Shown piece by piece: positions 12,401 to 21,390 of a stretch of DNA of 64,000 bases. Within the stretch, counting starts at the first letter, position 1. Every line of letters begins with the position of its first letter. This stretch comes from Haliotis rufescens (Eukaryota). Location: assembly GCF_023055435.1 (NCBI RefSeq), contig NW_025963779.1, forward strand, positions 70,308,001 to 70,372,000, written 5' to 3'. The position numbers and the translations under genes were made by a program. A model generated the notes under the pieces. That model had not been told where the DNA came from and did no database searches. It saw only the letters and a list, made by a program, of their open reading frames with translations.

Positions 12401-15400
12401 CTACCTGTATAGCTTGGGTATAGCATGAGCTGCTGCCTACATGTACAGCTTGGGTAGAGCATGAGCTGCTGTCTTCCTGTATAGCTTGGGTATAGCATGA
12501 GCTGCTGTCTTCCTGTATAGCTTGGGTAGAGCATGAGCTGTTGCCTACCTGTACAGCTTGGGTACAGCATGAGCTGTTGCCTACCTGTACAGCTTGGGTA
12601 CAGCATGAGCTGCTGCCTACCTGTACAGCTTGGGTAGAGCATGAGCTGCTGTCTTCCTGTATAGCTTGGGTATAGCATGAGCTGCTGCCTACCTGTACAG
12701 CTTGGGTACAGCATGAGCTGCTGCCTACCTGTAAAGCTTGGGTATAGCATGAGCTGCTGCCTACCTGTATAGCTTGGGTATAGCATGAGCTGCTGCCTAC
12801 CCGTATAGCTTGGGTATACCATGAGCTGCTGCCTACCTGTATAGCTTGGGTATAGCATGAGCGGCTGCCTACCTGTATAGCTTGGGTATAGCATGAGCTG
12901 CTGCCTACCTGTATAGCTTGGGTATAGCATGAGCTGCTGCCTACCTGTATAGCTTGGGTATGGCATGAGCTGCTGTCTTCCTGACATAGGGGGACATGTC
13001 CATCACTGCCTCTTTGATGGCCAGCATCATGATGGGTGTGATCACAGGCACTCGAATACTTGACAACACTCGCAGGGCACTTGCTCGAATCAGCTGATTC
13101 GGATCCTGGTACAAACATGAAGGTAGAGTTTGATAGATGAATACTTCACTAGGCTCTGTACTATGATATGAATGAGTGAGTGAGTGAGTATGGTTTTACG
13201 CCGCTTTTAGCAATATTCCAGCAATATCACGGCGGGGGACACCAGAAATGGGCTTCACACATTGTACCCATGTCGGGAATCGAACCCGGGTCTTCGGCGT
13301 GACGAGCGAACGCTTTAACCACTAGGCTACCAGACTACCCCATGATATGAATGAACATCATTGTATGTGATTAAGGCTCAACTATAGTATGAGTTATAGC
13401 TACTATCAGGAAATCAGGAAAGTAACAGTTGAAGCCAAGTGATGTGATACACACCAATATTAGCCATGTCTTCGTTAAACTATATTGTCATCAATCTTGT
13501 AAGTAAGGATCATAATACCCATATATCCATTTATAAAAATATTTTTATGTGGTCTTTCTAGATTTGAATATTAAAACATATTTAACTTAAACATCAATAT
13601 TTGTTGAAATTATCAACTTGAGACCATAAAAACTAAACTGATGACCTCATTAACAAAACGAAAATAGACTAATTGTGTTCATCATGAAACTTGCCCTGTA
13701 TTTATGCATGACTTGTTATTGATATGGTGAAAGTCCATCCCTATATGATGAAGTAACAGTACAGAGACAATCCTTACACCAGCTTTACACTCTCCATGCA
13801 TCATCTATCAATATTTGTTCAAGTTTGTGTAAGTTCAAACAGTCCATGATCATTTGAACTGACAACAGTCATAATAAATCTCACATGTAATTATTGCCAA
13901 GAGTGGCCAAGTTAGCACCAGATAATTGGTCACCTCTCATACTTACAGATTAAGAATTCCAGGTAAATGGTCAAAATGTTTATTACAAATGGTGCACATA
14001 CAAATCCAGGAACTCATTCAGGTAAAATACAACCACATAAAATTTTGAGTTGTCACGGTCTTGCATATGTTCTGAGCAAAACCTTTTTGAAGTTAAAAAC
14101 AGTGTTTCACAATAGACTACTCTGCTTACAACATTTACAACCCAAAACATTGTCTTACAACCACCCTCATTAATGTTGTTTTCAGTATCATAATTCATAT
14201 CACACAAGCATACATCAATGTTTGTTACCTTCAAAGCTCTCTGGAATGTGCTGATTGAGAGCAAAGCCAGGTCTTGTTGTTCTTCTGCATAGCGCGTCAG
14301 GTACACATACACCAGCTTCTTTATCTGTCAACAGAATAAAGTTGTACACCACTTCAGACACAAGTTGTTAACTAGACTGCAACAGGTTGTTTGTTTAATG
14401 CCCCAGTCAGCAATATTCCAGCTATACCACAGTGGCCTGTAAATAACCAAGGCCAGACCAACCAATGGTTATCACCAGTATGAGCAAAGTTTCACACCAT
14501 CTGCACCGGTAGGAACTAACATTTTCAGTCCCCTAGTCCTTGTAATAACAACATGTAGGAAAGCCCTTAATAATGACAAATTTCTACTAGTCCCTATGAT
14601 ACCTTAACTATTGGGCAGATTGGCAAGGACTACAGGACTAGTGCCAATTTCTAATGCTGATCAGGGTACAATAGTACACAATCAACCAAGTCACAGGTCT
14701 ACCTTAGATGCCTCTCATGACAAGCAATAGAGTGCTGGTGATCAATTCTAACCCTGGTTCCCAGGTTTGTTGCTATAGTCACATTAGTAACATTACTATC
14801 ATCACAAACACCTTATAGATTTTCCAGTCAGAAAGAAACTACCCCAAAGTAATGTGCAAGTATTCTTTACATGGTTATGTCCCTTGACCAGCTTCAAATG
14901 CAAATTACTGTCTAAATTAATCATCACTTACTACAAGCAGCTGTGGTTCCCTCCCGTAATACTACCTTCTCATTCAGCTGTTTTTGTCTCAAAACATTCT
15001 CTCAAACAGTAAAATCCTCCTGTGTCTGACCAAGGACTATTTAGTTTCATCAAACCCTGAGACACAACTGAAAGTATTTTTACCCATTCTTACCTCAAGG
15101 TTTTTAGAAACAACATTTTTCACAACTGCGGGAAACAGATCAGAAGCATCCTTTCCTTTGGCTACCATCTGAAACAGTAGAGCAACCTATGAACATACAA
15201 CAATTATATTAAGTCACACAGTGCAACTGATGCTATGAACAGGAACACCAGGGAGGTCAAAATGGCATGTTATGTTCCATGAATGCAACATTTACATATG
15301 CCACTGATAAATGGCAATCAAGTCATGGAGTGTTTTATCCAAGTAAATACACTTCATATTTCTTATCTTAATCTCAGACTTTGATCCTTCGCACCAAAAT

Positions 15401-17422
15401 AGAACTCATACCTTTTGAAGAAGACTTTTTGAACATTTGTAAGATGACATGTCTATACTGCTCATCCTAAATCAACCAGCTCACACCTAAAGATTGGGTC
15501 TTCCTGGTGTTCATCAATACAAGTACTATTCGTACTCATCTATAATATGCGTTTTTGTTTGTTTGTTGTTTAACACCGCACTCAGAAATATTCCAGCCAT
15601 ATGTCAGCTGTCTGTAAATAATCGAGCCTAAACCAGAAAATCCAGTGATTGACATCACGAGCATCATCCACACAATTGGAATACGAGACATGCATCAACC
15701 AAGACAGCTACCCGATCCTATTAGTCGCCTCTTACGACAAGCATAGTCGACTCTTACGACAAGAATGGGTTGCTGAAGACCTCTTCTACCCCAGATCTTT
15801 AGCTATAAATAGACATTTTGTTGCTCACACATTGGATACAGTAGTGAGCCTGTGTGAACTTCACACTCAGCAATATTCCAGCACTATCATGGAGGAATGT
15901 ATAGAATGAGTCTGGATGAGGCAAACCAGCGATTGTGAGCAAGAGCAACAACACACATCACTGTGCTATGAAGCTATTAAGGTCACAGAGCTGCCCACCT
16001 GATACCCATTAGTTGTCTGTTATGGCAAGTATGAGGCACTGGTAATCTTTTGGACTCGGAAATTCAAACAAGAGAGGTGGCTTTCTCAGCAGTAGAACAA
16101 AAGCAGTAAAAATGACATTTGTGACGTATTCTGATTGTTGTCTATACAATACCCCAATGATTCTTTTCATGGCCTCCAACTTCAGATTGTCCTTGTTGCC
16201 ATCAAGCATTGACTTCAAGTCTTCATGTCTGTAAACACAGGCAAAACAATGATCATGTATGAGAAAGCACAGAGTAACTTGGAAGAAATACAAACATAAC
16301 ACTACGTATTTATACATTAGTCAACCGCACTTGCTTTACACTTTCATCATATTTCTATTCTCATTTAATTGTTTAATTGCCTTTGTTCCAGGAGTAGCAA
16401 AGTTCCATTCATGGCCTGCCTACTTTGTATACAGGGTTTACAATAAGTAACCATGTGCTTAATGACGTAAACAAGGTAGGCGCTTCAAAGCTCACTGAAG
16501 ACATCAAAGAGTTTGCCACTTGTCGCTGAAGTTATGTTACAAATTAAGCTACACGAGGTGAGTAAGTAATAAGTAATGAAAACATACCTCAAAACTTACT
16601 TTTACACTAATGTACATTTAATCAAACTTGATCTGATGATAATTTTGCATTAGAACAATCATGTGCACCGATGATGTATTGGTTGCTATTTGTCAACTTC
16701 CTGTCTGTCATGTCATTTGACTGATCATGTTGTGCATCTATTTTTAACTTGACTGTCAAGGAGGGACTCGAAATTTATTGCGATTGTTATTAAACACGTA
16801 ATCAGAAATATTTCTTAGGGACTCCAAAACACAGTATGCGAGGATATACTGATACATGACATGTGACCCAAGTTGCTAATATCTGAAAAATGACTGGGCA
16901 CATGACTAGGTTAAGGGATCAATTTCCCCGAAGTAACCCCACTCAAATAAGCCTACAGAAACAATACAGAGGGTTTTTTTTAGCCCGTTATACAAGATTG
17001 CATAATAGTACTGTCAAGAATCCTGAGGGAAAAGTCAGGGACATTCTTTACAATGACATGTCGAATAAATAACTAAAATATACATAAAGGCCTATACATC
17101 ATATGATACATTTTACCATTATTTATCTATTATATACCTCAACTCTGATATAAGGTATATGTCGTCAATAACCGTAAAAAGTCCATGAATACAATACAAT
17201 TAGAACTGTCAATGTTGATGTTCTAACAATAAGCATCTCAGTATAATCAGGCATATGACATGTCACTCAACCGGTGTCAACATTGACCCACCTCTTAAAA
17301 TCTGTGGTAAAAAAGCCGCTACTGGCGGGGTCAGTAGCCAGATCAGCGTCGGCACTGCCCGTCGATGATGGAGGTTTTTCGTTGGCATAACTTGTCGTCA
17401 GCTGGAGGCCGTTTCCAGACAT
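423..17422 (-). CDS. AP3B2: AP-3 complex subunit beta (AP3B1/AP3B2 family), N-terminal 12 coding exons; gene continues past the left edge
   Basis: GT-AG exons joined in frame by hand: 17292-17422, 16153-16228, 15094-15168, 14229-14324, 12945-13105, 11319-11385, 10581-10763, 9106-9276, 3241-3338, 2542-2596, 1176-1247, 423-485. The peptides [86 protein letters not shown] and [11 protein letters not shown] are beta-3 adaptin hallmarks. Probably the single invertebrate co-ortholog. Confidence 0.95.
1176..1247 (-). CDS. AP3B2: AP3B exon 11 ([24 protein letters not shown])
   Basis: accag| and |gtaagg. Confidence 0.92.
1605..1777. repeat. About 170-bp palindrome with a hammerhead-ribozyme-like core in each arm (Penelope-type remnant)
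   Basis: Arms of about 80 bp around a 13-nt spacer. Plus strand: cac-CTGATGA-aggagta-agtaga-tactca-GAAA-tatt-gtg at 1696-1735. Minus strand: cCTGATGA-aggagta-agtaga-tacgcc-GAAA-tgtt-gtg. Confidence 0.7.
1987..2188. repeat. About 28-bp minisatellite, about 7 copies
   Basis: ataaggagttttgccatatgttatcatt at 2013, 2041 and onward. Confidence 0.85.
2542..2596 (-). CDS. AP3B2: AP3B exon 10 ([18 protein letters not shown])
   Basis: tttcag| and |gtcagt. Confidence 0.9.
3241..3338 (-). CDS. AP3B2: AP3B exon 9 ([32 protein letters not shown])
   Basis: The canonical-length exon uses the last of 81 tandem acceptors; donor AA|gtaagt at 3240. Confidence 0.9.
3303..8411 (-). repeat. 63-bp tandem array (81 units) = AP3B intron 8 acceptor plus first 36 nt of exon 9
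   Basis: Minus-strand unit gtatattatgtgttatctcctcttcag|gttgtaatgtcagttgcccagctgtatcagcactgt; first and last acceptors differ by 8390-3338 = 80x63+12 (two 6-bp insertions). Confidence 0.97.
8691..8916. mobile_element. hAT-like MITE
   Basis: Imperfect TIRs cagtgttcgaaataa / taattttagaccctg; 8-bp flanks agatgtat / aggtgtac (6 of 8 match). Confidence 0.55.
9106..9276 (-). CDS. AP3B2: AP3B exon 8 ([13 protein letters not shown]...[19 protein letters not shown])
   Basis: ttccag| and |gtaagt; acidic loop plus DHRLLLR motif. Confidence 0.92.
9940..10627 (-). repeat. 107-bp tandem array (6 intronic copies plus real exon end) = end of AP3B exon 7 plus donor and intron start
   Basis: agtctggtttg recurs at 9940, 10046, 10153, 10260, 10367, 10474 and 10581. 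Confidence 0.95.
10581..10763 (-). CDS. AP3B2: AP3B exon 7 ([17 protein letters not shown]...[10 protein letters not shown])
   Basis: tgcag| and |gtaagt, conserved peptide. Confidence 0.93.
11319..11385 (-). CDS. AP3B2: AP3B exon 6 ([22 protein letters not shown])
   Basis: ttcag| and |gtgagt. Confidence 0.92.
12073..12983 (-). repeat. 36-bp tandem array (about 25 units) = last 36 nt of AP3B exon 5 with donor
   Basis: Minus-strand unit gtaggcagcagctcatgctatacccaagctatacag; the exon copy reads [12 protein letters not shown]. Confidence 0.95.
12945..13105 (-). CDS. AP3B2: AP3B exon 5 ([12 protein letters not shown]...[13 protein letters not shown])
   Basis: accag| acceptor; donor AG|GTAGGC is the start of the 36-bp array. 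Confidence 0.92.
13176..13341 (-). mobile_element. tRNA-derived SINE family A ((ACTC)n tail), young copy
   Basis: A box tagcctagtgg, B box ggttcgattcc; 13-bp TSD atgatatgaatga at 13163 and 13342. Confidence 0.88.
14229..14324 (-). CDS. AP3B2: AP3B exon 4 ([32 protein letters not shown])
   Basis: gacag| and |gtaaca, conserved peptide. Confidence 0.93.
15094..15168 (-). CDS. AP3B2: AP3B exon 3 ([25 protein letters not shown])
   Basis: tttcag| and |gtaaga, conserved peptide. Confidence 0.93.
15552..15800 (-). mobile_element. SINE family C copy
   Basis: Homologous to 47269-47527; further copies at about 622-812 (+), 14385-14770 (-, interrupted), 19266-19470 (-) and 28209-28442 (+). Confidence 0.8.
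16153..16228 (-). CDS. AP3B2: AP3B exon 2 ([25 protein letters not shown])
   Basis: tttacag| acceptor, |gtattg donor, conserved peptide. Confidence 0.92.
17292..17422 (-). CDS. AP3B2: AP3B exon 1 (MSGNGLQ...[14 protein letters not shown])
   Basis: ATG at 17422; donor AG|GTGGGT; phase 2 matches exon 2. Confidence 0.85.
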
Positions 17423-17477
17423 TTTCTTTAATTTATTGATTCCGAAAACAACAATATTCTACAGACGGCTCCTCCAG

Positions 17478-17516
17478 CTTCCGTCTTTCATGAGCAAAAA
17501 CCGGAAGTCATGTGGC
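17478..17516 (-). promoter_or_regulatory. Putative AP3B promoter (ETS motif plus E-box)
   Basis: accggaagt at about 17500 overlapping gtcatgtg, about 80 bp upstream of the ATG. Confidence 0.4.
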
Positions 17517-18208
17517 AGGTATGAGCTATTTCACACTCAGGAACTAGAACGAAATAAGATCGTGTAAAATATCTATTCTATTCTAACATTTTCTTATTGT
17601 CAAACTGTTAAAGGCATACCCTGACGAAGAGCAATTTCTTACTTCTAAAACAACTATTGTCGGCATGTCATCATTATTTTGATGACCGCTGGAAAGGAAT
17701 AATGATTTTGTGGGTGTTTTCTCGTATTCGAAAAGTAACGGTAATCATCATTCAATCTGTCACCATTATCACAGGGAGACAAATTGGTCTTGAGCAGTCC
17801 AAGCAAATTCGACTTGAATCATTGAACTACATTTATGTGCTAATTCAATGTATGCGACGTTGTTCAATTAAAGCAGTGACGTAATACTCTAAACATGCAA
17901 AGAGTACGCCTCTTCTTCCCACAAGCTAAAGGACTGGTAATTTATTATTGGGGGGTGATTAAATTGGTCTTGGGATTATATCCTATTTTGCTAACCCTCC
18001 CTGCACACACACACTTTATCTTTTTAATGATGCTAAACCCCACCCCAAAACAAACATATTTTTTATGCTGAGTGCGGCGTAAAACAACAAACAAACAAAC
18101 CAGTCCAGAATGGAAATGGTCGGGGTTGGTTACCCTTGCAGATTTCAGAAGTAATTTAACCTGGTGATCGTCCAAATTTATCTTGACCACACATCTCTGA
18201 TTTTCTTA

Positions 18209-18476
18209 GGCCCGGGGCACGGGTGGCCCAGTCGTCTAAGGCGCCGCGATTCGCTGTGCAGAGTTGCGTCCCTTGGGCACGCCAGAAACCTATGATTGTG
18301 GTTGGCCCCGATTATGTTAGGTGTGTCAGCACCATACCCATGCTCGTGGGTTTCACTGAAGTGGTAAACGTCTTAGACCTGCATCACTTCGGGCTTTCCT
18401 CCCACATTAAGCTGATACGCCGTGATATAACTGGAATAATGTTAAAAGCGGCGTTAAACCCAACTCACTCACTCAC
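18209..18476 (+). mobile_element. tRNA-derived SINE family B
   Basis: gggtggcccagtcgtctaaggcgcc head, (ACTC)n tail, TSD-like ctctgattttctt flanks. Confidence 0.85.
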
Positions 18477-20296
18477 TCTGATTTTTCTTGAGCCACGAGA
18501 AACACAGAGCTGTCTTTCTGGACAAGTTACACATTTTTTGCGAGTTATGATCTGTTAAGAATATATTTTTAATTTAGGACAATAGTGTTGCACATCTTGA
18601 TACTTACCCATTATTCACGAGATGAGCATTTATCTTGTGCACATTGTACGCAGTGAATACTTTCTTCATGCATGACAGTTTTCTAAAATAACGCGGGATT
18701 GCATAAGAAACTCAGCGATGCTTGAATGTTGGCAGGGTTCAGTGCCGATTTGAGCAGTATATTCCAGTTACATCATGGCGTGTGATGAATCATGCTGGTG
18801 TATGGTGAAGAGGCTAACTTACAGTGTCATCACCAAATGGACCATAACTAATAATAACAAACTCGCATACGAGATTTTGCGAGTTTGTTTATTGTTATTA
18901 GTAGTAGTAGTTACATGTACATGGTCGAATCAAACATCAATGTCACTATCATTTCAAGAAAAGTATATATATAATTATAAGATTGAGTGTCTCAGTTACT
19001 TTTGGAAACCCAAGGGTGGCGGGTGAAATTCGCGACAAATCTGATCGTGGATCCTGACACGGCTGTGTTCCATGCATAGTGCTGTTGTGTTGGCTCGTCA
19101 TGCACGTTGAAGATCAGGGTTCTGTTCTCAACATGGGTACAATGCCTGAAGTCTATGCATTCCTTGCGGGATAAACTTCAACTCACTCACTAACTTTGAG
19201 TTCAAACCGGTATTTATTCCGCTGTGATTTGCTGTAAATCGTTTAGACTACTGTATGCACTGTTTTTGTTTGTTTGTTTGTTTGTTTGTTTAACGCCGCA
19301 CTTAGCAATATTCCAACCATTTGGCGGCGGTCTGTAAATAATCAACCAGACAATCCAGTGATGACAGCATGAGCATTGGCCCACGCAATTGGGATCGATG
19401 ACATCAGTTCCCTTTTACGGCAAGCATGGGTAGCTGAAGACCTATTCTACCCTGGATCTTCAAGGGTTCAGTATGCATTGACTAACTGAACCAGAATTAC
19501 TTTGAATTAAGCAAACTATTTGAAAAACAAACTTCTCTGAGTACCTGAAAGATATGCATACATGTCCAAAACACTGTGCCGTATTCTATATCTTTACCAT
19601 GATTGGTTTGTATTTGTGCTCAGTCGCTATTCTCCGCTATATTCTATTCGCTATAAATGACGATTGCAAGCCATGACACTGATAAAATGTATCTCTTACC
19701 TTGACACGTTTTTTCAGTTGATACGACTGATAAAAAAACAAGGCGCTGAAGGCTGGACTAGTGAAAGACCTCGGCATAAAGCACGCATGTCGAAAGTTGA
19801 CCAAACAAACCAAACTAACTTGAATATTACACTGTAAGTATATGACTAGGCTGACATTTAGTCCCAGAAACAATTAAACAGAAAACAATGTACAGTAAAA
19901 TGTGTGTATGTTTAACAAGAAAGACAAGACAAGATTTATTCAGTAAGTAGGCCTCCAGCCCATAATACAATAATATATACATGTTATCTAACCTGCATGC
20001 ATGTAGGTATACTATGTATTTAGCCATGATATTGACGCTAGTCATGTTTATAAATAAATACAGTCAAATACTTATCCTTAAACAAGCAATGGTTCTTCAC
20101 TTATACTTCTAACTTTCAGCAAAAACTTTCCATTAGATATCATAATATTTTTATCTGTCGATGACATTAATGATAAGACTGTTAAATAATTTGAGCAATG
20201 TGTTAAATATTGTGCTAGGTATTGATTTCTGACAGTTTGATATCTTGGGCATATAATGAGAACATGATATTCATCTTCAATAGAGGATTTATCAAG

Positions 20297-20573
20297 TGAG
20301 TGAGTGAGTGAGTTGGGTTTAACGCCGCTTTTAACAGTATTCCAGTTATACCACGGCGTGTCGGCTTAATGTTGGAGGAAAGCCCGAAGTGATGCAGGTC
20401 TCAGACGTTTACCACTAAGGTGAAAACCACGAGCACGGGTATAGTGCTGACAAACCTAGAAACATAATCGGGGCGAAACGGGATTCGAACCCACAATCAT
20501 AGGTTTCTGGCGTGTCCAAGGGACGCAACTCTGCACAGCGAATCGCGGCGCTTTAGACGACTGGGCCACCCGT
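20297..20573 (-). mobile_element. SINE family B copy (B box ggttcgaatccc retained)
   Basis: Reverse-complement homolog of 18209-18476. Confidence 0.85.
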
Positions 20574-21139
20574 CAAGAGAATTGCAGAAGATACAAATAA
20601 GAAAACGGTTTATTACATCAACGCGACACGATTACACTTGCTAGTAAATGTGGTAATCAGTCTTGTGATAGTATGATTAGCATATTTTCACGACAATTTC
20701 ATATCACAATATAATAACTGCTGATATCAGTACAGTGCCTGTTACAGAGAGCCCGCAAAGATATCAATAACTGGTATCTATGTAGGTTCTACAAAGCTAC
20801 TAGTCTACTACATACACACATAAACTAATACTAGCGACTCCGTCATCATGGTATAGTCACGAACAACACCATTCGATGATTTGTTGTCACGAGGTGTACG
20901 TTTGTTTTCAAAGAGAAATCCCCTCGTACTTATGAGTAAATAAGCTAAATATAGCAGACGACAAGATCCGTTTTCGTGTTCGTCTTTTTGTGCAAACCAA
21001 ATGAATATTTATATGTGGACACATCCACACATAGCTGTACAAGAATATGCAATTTACTATAACGTCATTAATTAATGTACGTTAATTGTATCAAGACAAT
21101 AATACGTTACGACGAAATTCACAAACAAATAGCTCATTA

Positions 21140-21200
21140 CCGGCAGAAATGACGTAATTTCATGTGACATTGACAATTGCGCATGCGCCGCAAGTACTCT
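21140..21200 (+). promoter_or_regulatory. Putative SCAMP core promoter motif cluster
   Basis: tgacgtaa (CRE/ATF-like, 21150), tcatgtgac (MiT/TFE-type E-box, 21160) and tgcgcatgcgc (NRF1-type, 21178), about 150-190 bp upstream of the ATG. Confidence 0.5.
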
Positions 21201-21333
21201 GCCATATTACAGGAACACCTCACAAAATATTGGCAGATTTGTCTAAACACCTGTGGTAAATGAGAAGAAATACTGGATTAGATTTGTGGGGTCGATAGCA
21301 GATTGATATAAGTTGACACTGAACTGAAACAAA

Positions 21334-21390
21334 ATGTCTGGCTTCGACAGCAACCCGTTTGCAGATCCTGAAGCGTCCAACCCCTTCTCA
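21334..21390 (+). CDS. SCAMP1: SCAMP exon 1 ([19 protein letters not shown])
   Basis: aaaATG context, two NPF motifs, |gtgagc donor. Confidence 0.92.

Noticed and set aside
3303-12983. CRISPR-like arrays
   Set aside because: Units are head-to-tail with no unique spacers, there are no cas genes, and the context is a spliced eukaryotic gene.
12945-12983. De novo intron gain by tandem duplication of an AG|GT-containing exon segment
   Set aside because: The arrays sit at one end of long introns with unique sequence and independent partner splice sites, so they did not create the introns.
12001-13118. 140, 268 and 326-aa repetitive ORFs
   Set aside because: They are alternative frames of the 36-bp array. 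The real frame is AP3B exon 5, which hits TAG at the first repeat junction.
13240-13341. tRNA genes (here and at about 20470-20573, 27352 and 42262)
   Set aside because: The A/B boxes belong to multi-copy SINE heads with bodies, simple-repeat tails and TSDs; no complete cloverleaf is evident.
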